Source: Escherichia phage vB-Eco-KMB37. From it: DNA of 64,000 nt. Below are positions 8,488 to 16,106 of the stretch, piece by piece. The notes below the pieces were generated by a model. The model was given only the letters and a program-made list of their open reading frames with translations, was not told the origin of the DNA and did not search any database. Each line of letters opens with the position of its first letter. The stretch's first letter is position 1. A program made the position numbers and the translations under genes. The stretch lies in sequence record OR525700; one strand, given 5' to 3'.

Positions 8488-9651
8488 TTACTCTGCTGGT
8501 TCCCAAGTACCTGGAATCATCTTACGTACACGTACCCCAACAGGCTTAGTAGGAATACCTTCGTCTGAAAATTCTTCGTACTCTATTTCAACAAATTGAC
8601 CAATAAGTGTCAAAGCATTTTCTTCTTTACGATAGTTAATGGTTTCATCTGAATCCTTACGCATCAGGAATTCGACTACTTTACCATTTTCCATCTCTCC
8701 TGTCAATACCCCGTCACCATTTTTATCACGCTTTGCACTTACCACTTTAACTTCAAGCGTCTGACGTGGTTTACGTTTAATAACATCATAAGAACGTTTA
8801 TCGAATTCGTAAACACCTTTTGCGTTACGATACACCACACCTTCCGCTTTCTCACGTAGGGCTTTTGCATAGAAAGCATCAAACTGTTCTTGGTTTTCAA
8901 TGTACTCTGTATGTACTACACAAATAAGTTCATCTAAACCCTTATCTTCAACAACTTCTTTTAGAGCAGCCAAAACTTGAACCCTCTTCTCAAATGGTAC
9001 AGATGGCACGGGAACATCATATACATAGTATTTAAGAAGCGGAGTGTTAGCATTATGCTTTTTCCACGCACTATTAATTTGTTGAAGGCTAAGGATACCC
9101 AAACCAGCAAAAACTTCACCGTCAAGAGGATGACCAACTACTTCTTTAATGAAGGTTGGGATTTCTTCCCAGTGAGGTGGAAGTTTATATACCTCCCCAG
9201 CTTTAGATAAACATTCACCTTGCATGTTAATCATTGAACGTAGACCATTCAATTTATATTGTGCATAACCAGGGAACAAAACACGATCAGCATAATCTTT
9301 ATAATCCTGACATTTCATGGGTGTGGAAGGAACATGGTTTTCAGCTTCCTCTTTTGTTTTATAGTACCCATTCTTAATTTGCTTTGTCCATTTGGCAAGA
9401 GCTTCTATTTCAGCTTGTTCTTCTGCTGTTGTTTCATTTGAGCGACCAATATTTTTAGGTTCTGCCGTATAAGATTTGCTAGTGATCTTTCCACCTAATT
9501 GACCATGAGCAACAGTTACAACACTACCTTCGGTATAGACTGACCACTGTCTAATTTTACCTGTAGAAGTTTTACCATATAATGTAGGATTAGTTTGTTT
9601 CATCTTTAACCTCCAGTTGCGAAAGAACCCATTTAGCCATTTCAATTTCAC
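8488..9651 (-). CDS. ATP-dependent DNA ligase
   Basis: Motif I QYKLNGLR (KxNG), plus EG-VV-type and K-x-K-type downstream motifs; 387 aa. Confidence 0.8.
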   Translation of the reverse strand: MKLKWLNGFFRNWRLKMKQTNPTLYGKTSTGKIRQWSVYTEGSVVTVAHGQLGGKITSKSYTAEPKNIGRSNETTAEEQAEIEALAKWTKQIKNGYYKTKEEAENHVPSTPMKCQDYKDYADRVLFPGYAQYKLNGLRSMINMQGECLSKAGEVYKLPPHWEEIPTFIKEVVGHPLDGEVFAGLGILSLQQINSAWKKHNANTPLLKYYVYDVPVPSVPFEKRVQVLAALKEVVEDKGLDELICVVHTEYIENQEQFDAFYAKALREKAEGVVYRNAKGVYEFDKRSYDVIKRKPRQTLEVKVVSAKRDKNGDGVLTGEMENGKVVEFLMRKDSDETINYRKEENALTLIGQFVEIEYEEFSDEGIPTKPVGVRVRKMIPGTWEPAE

Positions 9652-9793
9652 CGTGTAGTCTGCCTAGTTCATAGGCATCATCAATATTACCACCAGTGTA
9701 ATCATCCACCATAAAGTAAGGATCTTCACTACTGTTAGGCGCGTTTGCAATTCTCGTTAGTTCTTCAATAAATGTCATAGTTAACCTTACCAA
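9590..9793 (-). CDS. Hypothetical small acidic protein
   Basis: 67 aa, rich in D/E. Confidence 0.35.
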   Translation of the reverse strand: MVRLTMTFIEELTRIANAPNSSEDPYFMVDDYTGGNIDDAYELGRLHGEIEMAKWVLSQLEVKDETN

Positions 9794-10011
9794 TTATACA
9801 CAAGAGTTTGAATTTCTTCCATCAAATCTTCAAGATCTGTATCAACATATTCAGAAGATGTTGCCATAAAGTATGTAATCATTGTGAACCCTTCCGAAGA
9901 AAGGGCATCAAGGATATCATTAAACATATCTTCCATTTCAGTATTCTCACCAAATGAAAATAACATTTGTTGATCTTCGCTTACACCTTTAACATAGATA
10001 GCTGTGCTCAT
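9787..10011 (-). CDS. Hypothetical small acidic protein
   Basis: 74 aa, rich in D/E. Confidence 0.35.
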   Translation of the reverse strand: MSTAIYVKGVSEDQQMLFSFGENTEMEDMFNDILDALSSEGFTMITYFMATSSEYVDTDLEDLMEEIQTLVYNW

Positions 10012-10014
10012 ATA

Positions 10015-10335
10015 TTAATCCTTAAGACGTTCATTTAAATCTGTAATAACATCATTTAAATCTTCACATTCCAGTGTTAACTCTGAAACTTGTTCATTCA
10101 AACAAGAAACTTCTTCGTTTAGATCTGAAATAATGTTTTCTAATGAATCTACTTGGTCATCATATGCACGTTTTGTTTCTTCAAGTTCTTCCGTAAGATC
10201 ATTAATCAAACGGAGCAAAGATAAGATATAGCCGTCTCCTGTCTCGTTCCTCCACTCACTTCCGTAGCGATAAATAATAATTTCACCATCATCGACTACT
10301 GTAAAATACTTACCTTCACCAGAATAAATTTCCAT
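10015..10335 (-). CDS. Highly acidic coiled-coil protein (candidate DNA mimic / anti-defence)
   Basis: 106 aa, roughly 30 percent D+E, heptad-like LxxL/E-rich C-terminal half. Confidence 0.4.
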   Translation of the reverse strand: MEIYSGEGKYFTVVDDGEIIIYRYGSEWRNETGDGYILSLLRLINDLTEELEETKRAYDDQVDSLENIISDLNEEVSCLNEQVSELTLECEDLNDVITDLNERLKD

Positions 10336-10343
10336 ACACTCTC

Positions 10344-10748
10344 CTATTGTAGCTTAAGTGAACTGCGAAGACGTTTCTCTTGCTGATCACGAATATGTTG
10401 TGGAACCTCATGAATTGAGTCGTTACCGTGCCTATTTTCAACAACTAAAGAGATAACTTGATAACCAAACTCTTCAGCAAGAGTTAAATAAGGTTTAAGT
10501 TCTTTCTCTGTGGTTGAAGTGTTAGAGACAATAATCTTTTTAATATTAGATGCCATAGCATCACGAACAATACTCTGACACCATGCGTGGGCTTTACCTA
10601 CATTTTCTGGCTTCCAATCGTAAACACCACTTTCTGTGTAATGGTATTGATCTGCCTCACAGATAGGCCAATAACCTTCAGAAATAATTTCTGCTACTGT
10701 AGATTTACCTGCACCTGAAACACCACGTAAAATGATAAGTTGTTTCAT
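10344..10748 (-). CDS. P-loop polynucleotide kinase-like protein
   Basis: ILRGVSGAGKSTVA Walker A in a 134-aa protein, resembling the T4 Pnk kinase domain. Confidence 0.55.
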   Translation of the reverse strand: MKQLIILRGVSGAGKSTVAEIISEGYWPICEADQYHYTESGVYDWKPENVGKAHAWCQSIVRDAMASNIKKIIVSNTSTTEKELKPYLTLAEEFGYQVISLVVENRHGNDSIHEVPQHIRDQQEKRLRSSLKLQ

Positions 10749-11681
10749 TTAGCCTCCAAAGAAGTTTTCTATTTCTTTACGTCGCTCTTGTGGATCTAGA
10801 GCAGCCCATTGAACCTTCGTAAAGTTATTTCTAAGCCATTCTAGCAAAGTATAATATTCTTCGTCAACAATTTGTTTAGCATTATTTGGGTTGTCCCAAA
10901 TCATATCCCACTTCTTATTGCCACCACGCATAAGGAACTTCTTAGCAAGATAGTATGGTGACTTAATCTTTAAGAGTAAGTTAAACGGGTAGTTTGTTTC
11001 ACGAACAACAAAGCCTTCGTGTCTACAATGTTTAGACATTTCAACAACATCTGAAAATTTAATCATCGGATAAACTTCAGGACGTTTAAATTTTGTAATA
11101 GATGCAATCCCATCAAGAACACCTTCAGGTAACATGAAACTTGTCCCATCAAGATTTTGAATTCTTGCTCCAATTAAGTATGCGCCTGGTTCTTCTTCGA
11201 CAATATGTGGATCAGAAGGATCACAGATTTCAAAAAGGAAAGTTGCTTTTGCACTTTCTGTCCACTTAATGAAATACTCTATGTCATCACATTCGGAAAC
11301 AATACGGTTCTTGGCAATAGTTGCAAAGTCTGACTCTAGGCTCCCTGTTGTTGATACAACAAGTTGCCCTTTGTACACACCTACAGATGCCATAAAACCG
11401 TTTACTTTACGGACAGCATCTACAATTTCGTCTGCTGGAAGATCTGTACCATTTTCAAAACGATTAAAAATTTTAGTAAAAGGCCAAATAACAACATTGT
11501 CTTCTGAGTCAACAACCAACCCACGACAATCTAAAAGTCGTTTGTCAACGTTCCACAAGTTATCCCAGAATACATTGTTTTTGTATTTAAGTACAGCAAG
11601 ACCAGCATACTCTCCAGATTTAACTTCTTTTTTATGCACTAAACCTTTTGCAATCAGGTCATCACAATTGAACTTAGCCAC
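10749..11681 (-). CDS. Putative RNA ligase (covalent nucleotidyltransferase)
   Basis: Motif I RKVNGFMA (KxNG), motif IV-like EGFVVRE, motif V-like LLLKIKSPYY; distinct from the DNA ligase at 8488..9651. Confidence 0.5.
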   Translation of the reverse strand: MAKFNCDDLIAKGLVHKKEVKSGEYAGLAVLKYKNNVFWDNLWNVDKRLLDCRGLVVDSEDNVVIWPFTKIFNRFENGTDLPADEIVDAVRKVNGFMASVGVYKGQLVVSTTGSLESDFATIAKNRIVSECDDIEYFIKWTESAKATFLFEICDPSDPHIVEEEPGAYLIGARIQNLDGTSFMLPEGVLDGIASITKFKRPEVYPMIKFSDVVEMSKHCRHEGFVVRETNYPFNLLLKIKSPYYLAKKFLMRGGNKKWDMIWDNPNNAKQIVDEEYYTLLEWLRNNFTKVQWAALDPQERRKEIENFFGG

Positions 11682-11682
11682 C

Positions 11683-12234
11683 TTAATCTCCTTTGATTAT
11701 CTTATGATGATCTACAACAACAATATCACGCTTATCCATAATAGAGATGATTTCGTCAAAATGCAAGATTTTCCCGTGTGCATCCCAACCAACATCCAAC
11801 ATTTTCCCATACAAATGATCAGGGAATGATCCGTGAGAGTGTCCGTGTAGCATGATTGATCCATGCCCTTGTTTATTCCAGGCAGCCATAGGGTAATGAC
11901 TTAAGACGAAGAACAGCTTCTGATATTTCACTTCGTCATAATACACAACTTCTCCATACTCTGCAAGCACTTTTCTGTGTTTGCTGTAATCATGGTTCCC
12001 AACACAGTAAGTAATATCCCCTTGGAGACGGGAAGCAATCTTACGGGTATCTTCTTCAGTCCCGAAACAGAAGTCCCCAAGATGGTACATCTTTACTCCT
12101 GGTGTTGTGGCACATTTATTCCATGCTTCGATCAGTGCTTCTGTCATATGCTCCATATCTTCCCACGGACGATATTCAGGAGCAAACTCTCGGATACGTT
12201 TGTGCATAAAATGCAAATCACTTGTAATAAACAT
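11683..12234 (-). CDS. Calcineurin-like metallophosphoesterase
   Basis: DLHFMH, GDFCFG, GNHD, and HGHSHG motifs (DxH...GDxxD...GNH[DE]...GH.H). Confidence 0.7.
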   Translation of the reverse strand: MFITSDLHFMHKRIREFAPEYRPWEDMEHMTEALIEAWNKCATTPGVKMYHLGDFCFGTEEDTRKIASRLQGDITYCVGNHDYSKHRKVLAEYGEVVYYDEVKYQKLFFVLSHYPMAAWNKQGHGSIMLHGHSHGSFPDHLYGKMLDVGWDAHGKILHFDEIISIMDKRDIVVVDHHKIIKGD

Positions 12235-12596
12235 TAGTATAATCCCTCGCTGAATAGTTCACTGTTGTGACCATTTCTTTCGTAGTTAATTTGTTTGGCG
12301 TTATCTGCAATGATATAAGCATCTTTGCGACTCCACCAGTTATAATACTGATCAATAAACCCTTGATTATCAGGTAAGCAAAACAGTTTATCGATCAATC
12401 CTGCATCTTTTAAAACATTAAGTTGTGCAGATAGTACAGGATTTGCATGCCTAACACAAGGAATAATTAACTCTTCGCCATTGTTAAGAATATACTTGTT
12501 CGCAGCGCAGACTATAACACGTTGAGCATAGTGATCCTCACCAATCCAAGTGAGAGGTTGGTAACAAATATCATGTTGATTAGTAGCGCACATCAA
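12234..12596 (-). CDS. Hypothetical protein
   Basis: 120-aa ORF. Confidence 0.4.
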   Translation of the reverse strand: MMCATNQHDICYQPLTWIGEDHYAQRVIVCAANKYILNNGEELIIPCVRHANPVLSAQLNVLKDAGLIDKLFCLPDNQGFIDQYYNWWSRKDAYIIADNAKQINYERNGHNSELFSEGLY

Positions 12597-12751
12597 TTTT
12601 CTCCATACTCTTTTAATTTATCAGCGAAAAAACTGTAATCAGGAAGTAAAAGATCATTACTCGTATCGCTCCAGTTCTCTTCCTCTCTATAGATAAAATG
12701 CCCTTCATCCTCTTCTTGCTCTGACCAAACTGAATAATGCATAATACCTAC

Positions 12752-13126
12752 TTAATAGTTAACACGTTTAATTTCAACACCATAGGATGAAATAAAATTT
12801 TCCTTAGCTAACATATATTTACCAGCAGCAGAAGGATTTGATGTATGAACATAGATAGTTTTAAGAGCATCCCATTCACCCGCGTACAACATACATTCTA
12901 CATCCAAGAACGCATGATATCCTTCTTGATCTTCTCCAAGATCATTATCGAAGTGTATCTCTGAGATAGTATTGAAATTATCTTCATCTGAAACAAAAGA
13001 TGACCAATCCTCAAAAGATTTTAACCAAATGGCATCCTCATAACCATAATCTTTAGGATTTCTTAAATCGTCTAACCAAAGAATTTTAGCCACTATCAAC
13101 CTCCTTCCTGTTTCTCTTCTTTCCAA
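12752..13126 (-). CDS. Hypothetical protein
   Basis: 124-aa ORF, acidic. Confidence 0.4.
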   Translation of the reverse strand: MERRETGRRLIVAKILWLDDLRNPKDYGYEDAIWLKSFEDWSSFVSDEDNFNTISEIHFDNDLGEDQEGYHAFLDVECMLYAGEWDALKTIYVHTSNPSAAGKYMLAKENFISSYGVEIKRVNY

Positions 13127-13287
13127 GTTTTACCTTTATCTACCAATTTCTTAGAAACAGCAAATCTTTCCCCATTGATATAAAACAAATAAAGAATAAA
13201 GGATTTTCCTATAGTTACAGTATCTACTACTTCTACACGCTTCACACCTTGCATGTATTTGGCTTTACCTGAATAAATAAGAAACAT
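13096..13287 (-). CDS. Hypothetical small protein
   Basis: 63-aa ORF. Confidence 0.3.
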   Translation of the reverse strand: MFLIYSGKAKYMQGVKRVEVVDTVTIGKSFILYLFYINGERFAVSKKLVDKGKTWKEEKQEGG

Positions 13288-13565
13288 TACTTATTCCTTT
13301 TGTTGTTGATCACATCTAAAGCTGTGTAAGGCTTGTTTGTACCGCTGTATTCAAGAATAATTGGTACATATTCATAGACCAACTCAAAAGTGCCATACAC
13401 AGAATCTGCAACTGAAATAAGCATTTCAGTGCCTTCGTCGTTCTTAATTAATGAAAATCTTGCCCCTGGTTTATTGAGCACTTCATATTTCTTACCTGCT
13501 GTCAGCAAACCTGAATACCATTCATTTTGCACAACAGACAAACACTTCAGATATGTTTTTCTCAT
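13287..13565 (-). CDS. Hypothetical protein
   Basis: 92-aa ORF. Confidence 0.4.
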   Translation of the reverse strand: MRKTYLKCLSVVQNEWYSGLLTAGKKYEVLNKPGARFSLIKNDEGTEMLISVADSVYGTFELVYEYVPIILEYSGTNKPYTALDVINNKRNK

Positions 13566-13903
13566 TTCTTTTTGCTCCTTCTTTTAGGCTTCTCGTACAA
13601 ACCTAACACAGCCGATTCTTTTGCACAAATAGGAACTGACTTCATTCCTCGTTTTTTAGCTTCTGGTAGATTCAAAACCCACCAGCCAAACCAGTACAAT
13701 TCATCCTCTGTAAAAGGATCTGCCATAGGATCTGCATCACGTTCTTCAAATTTAGCAAGAGCTTCTTCTATCTTTTCTATTGGAGTATCAAAGACAAAAG
13801 CCTCTGTGTCAAATTTTTGTTTCTTAGGAGCGGCTTTTGCCGCCCCATCTTTAGATGCGTGCTTTGTTACGGATCGCTTCTTCGGTGTTTTCGCCATCAA
13901 CAA
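13562..13903 (-). CDS. Hypothetical protein with basic, Lys-rich termini
   Basis: N-terminal AKTPKKRSVTKHASK and C-terminal KPKRRSKKK around an acidic core. Confidence 0.4.
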   Translation of the reverse strand: MLMAKTPKKRSVTKHASKDGAAKAAPKKQKFDTEAFVFDTPIEKIEEALAKFEERDADPMADPFTEDELYWFGWWVLNLPEAKKRGMKSVPICAKESAVLGLYEKPKRRSKKK

Positions 13904-14090
13904 CCTCCATGCGGTGTAAGAAATCTTGCTGGAATCGCCAATACTGTTGACCAGTCCTTACATCTTCGTAGATCACAACAGGATCAAATACTTTAGATAC
14001 ACCTGCTGGTTTAGGGAAGCCAACTACACGATATAAACCACCTTTACTAATACAAGAATATGTTACATCAGTTAAAATTTCTTTTTTCAT
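13851..14090 (-). CDS. Hypothetical protein
   Basis: 79-aa ORF. Confidence 0.35.
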   Translation of the reverse strand: MKKEILTDVTYSCISKGGLYRVVGFPKPAGVSKVFDPVVIYEDVRTGQQYWRFQQDFLHRMEVVDGENTEEAIRNKARI

Positions 14091-14284
14091 TTCTTAATAA
14101 ACTCCAATACAGGTACGTGATCAGCAGTTAAAGTTACACAATTGTAACTCACCTTTTCAACTTCAGAGAATGCTTCAACCCATAGCAAGAAATTCTCTTT
14201 AGCTTCTTCATAATTCAATGTTGACTTAACAACATGGAACTCACCAAGGATTACTCTATAGATTGTTTGCATAGTTTGATTCAT
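14087..14284 (-). CDS. Hypothetical protein
   Basis: 65-aa ORF. Confidence 0.35.
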   Translation of the reverse strand: MNQTMQTIYRVILGEFHVVKSTLNYEEAKENFLLWVEAFSEVEKVSYNCVTLTADHVPVLEFIKK

Positions 14285-14350
14285 TTATTTTTCCTTTGTT
14301 TAAAATGTGTTAAACAATCGCAAATGCTTGTGACGCACTTTGTGATTCCA

Positions 14351-14719
14351 CTAATTAATGTCAGCACTATGATTGTTGAGAGTATAGGATACTCCATCGC
14401 CCAAGTCAACATGAATCTCAACTCCTAACTGTCTTTCTAATGGTAAACGTTTTGAGAATTGATAATTACAAAGTTTACAGTCTAAGTCAAGCAACTCATG
14501 TTTGCTTAAACCTGCAACGATAACTTTGCTCCCCACTGTCCACTCAATACCTTCAAAGTTATCTCTTCTTTTCAAAATGTCAAGTAAGAAGATGATTTGT
14601 TGCCATTCCGTAGACAAGTCTTCTTCATAGAATGCAGAACAAAAAGTTTTATCATCGTAGAAAGCATACATTATGCCTCCATCTATTGTTTCACTTCTAA
14701 CGTAACGTGTGACCCTCAT
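14351..14719 (-). CDS. Hypothetical protein (first gene of the leftward block)
   Basis: 122-aa ORF with GGAGG RBS; sits next to the divergent promoter region. Confidence 0.4.
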   Translation of the reverse strand: MRVTRYVRSETIDGGIMYAFYDDKTFCSAFYEEDLSTEWQQIIFLLDILKRRDNFEGIEWTVGSKVIVAGLSKHELLDLDCKLCNYQFSKRLPLERQLGVEIHVDLGDGVSYTLNNHSADIN

Positions 14720-14739
14720 TATTTCCTCCTGTATGGCTC

Positions 14740-14803
14740 TGTAACGAGCTAATCGCCTTTAAGATATGCAATCACCTTACCTCACAGTAAAACTCGTTAC
14801 AAT
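14740..14803 (-). promoter_or_regulatory. Candidate leftward promoter with flanking 9-bp inverted repeat (possible operator)
   Basis: Minus-strand TTGTAA-N17-TAAGGT; TGTAACGAG (14740-14748) and CTCGTTACA (14784-14792) form an inverted repeat. Confidence 0.3.
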
Positions 14804-15074
14804 CGTTTTTAGGAGGTTCAGGTTGTACTTAAAAATAATCCAAAAAGGTGTTGACAAACGCAAAAAAGTATGCTACCCTAACCCCCGAAAAACGCCGAGC
14901 GCAGCGAGGGGGGTGTTATCTAATCTTGTGATACATGATCTAACAGACAACTGAGTAGTCTACATATAGCACTATGTTATGTCTATAATACTAACATACA
15001 TACTCTATACTAACAATAGATTCTTTATTAATTTTATTATTAATTAAATAATAAATTAAATAATAAATATCTAT

Positions 15075-15103
15075 TGACTTTAGATCTATCTGTATGTAGA
15101 GTA
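15075..15103 (+). promoter_or_regulatory. Sigma70-like promoter upstream of the prs-like gene
   Basis: TTGACT -35 followed by TAGAGT-like -10; AAGGAG RBS then ATG at 15142. Confidence 0.45.
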
Positions 15104-15141
15104 GAGAACATAAAGTCCTAACTCAACTAAGGAGATAAACA

Positions 15142-16035
15142 ATGAAAGTTAGTATTCTACATGGTGTTGACTGTTATGTTACTGATGTAGACGTTAAAGT
15201 CTTTACATTCTCTGGTGGAGAACAACATGTTCAACTAGACACGAATCTATCAGGTTTCAATCATGCTACAGACAGAATCTTACTCTCTTTAGAAGTAAGA
15301 TCTGCTAAAGACTTGATGACTTTGGTTATGACTAAGAATGCATTGGACAATATGCTATATCATAAACCATATTGTGTTGATTTACTCATGTTGTATGTGC
15401 CGTATGCACGACAAGACAGAGTGTGTGAGCCTGGGGAAGCATTCGGAGTTAAAGCCTTTGCTTCTATAATTAATTCATTAAATTTCTCACGTGTTATCGT
15501 TGCTGATCCACATAGTGATGTTACTCCGGCAGTGTTTGACAGACTCTGTGTAATACCTCAAGAAGAGATTGCTTACGAAACTTTAAAGTGGAAGTTACGT
15601 ATGGAGAATTTTGCTCTTGTTAGTCCTGATGGTGGTGCTCTTAAGAAAATATTTAAATTATCTAAGAAAATGTCTTTAGATGTGTTCTGTGCAGAGAAGG
15701 TTAGAGATACTGCAACAGGTGCTATTGTTCGTACAGACATTTCTGTACAGGATTTCAATAAGCGTAACCTGATGATCGTAGATGATATCTGTGACGGCGG
15801 TAGAACTTTTATTGAATTGGCTAAAGTGCTACGTGCTCGTAACGCAGGTAAGATTGAGTTATATGTTACACACGGTATCTTTTCTAAAGGTCTTAAAGAG
15901 TTAAGTGAGCACTTTGACTGCATTCATTCTCTTAATGTGTGGGAAGATAACATCCAAGAAGATTCCGGTGTTCTTGTTAAGAATCAGTCAGATTTGCAAC
16001 AACAAATTGTATCTCCATACGTGTGGAATTTTTAA
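15142..16035 (+). CDS. Ribose-phosphate pyrophosphokinase homolog (Prs-like; possibly an ADP-ribose pyrophosphate synthetase of a NAD+ reconstitution pathway)
   Basis: YARQDR and PRPP-binding MIVDDICDGGRT motifs align with E. coli Prs (YARQDRR, VLVDDMIDTGGT). Confidence 0.8.
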   Translation: MKVSILHGVDCYVTDVDVKVFTFSGGEQHVQLDTNLSGFNHATDRILLSLEVRSAKDLMTLVMTKNALDNMLYHKPYCVDLLMLYVPYARQDRVCEPGEAFGVKAFASIINSLNFSRVIVADPHSDVTPAVFDRLCVIPQEEIAYETLKWKLRMENFALVSPDGGALKKIFKLSKKMSLDVFCAEKVRDTATGAIVRTDISVQDFNKRNLMIVDDICDGGRTFIELAKVLRARNAGKIELYVTHGIFSKGLKELSEHFDCIHSLNVWEDNIQEDSGVLVKNQSDLQQQIVSPYVWNF

Positions 16036-16045
16036 ATAATAAGTG

Positions 16046-16074
16046 TTGACAATAGGGAGTATGCTTAGTAAGAT
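16046..16074 (+). promoter_or_regulatory. Sigma70-like promoter
   Basis: TTGACA-N17-TAAGAT upstream of the NAMPT-like gene. Confidence 0.5.
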
Positions 16075-16106
16075 ACTCCCACACTAACAAACAAGGAGAC
16101 ATAACT

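Noticed and set aside
14766-14954. 62-aa plus-strand ORF inside the divergent promoter region
   Set aside because: No RBS, low-complexity translation, sits in an AT-rich regulatory gap; more likely non-coding.
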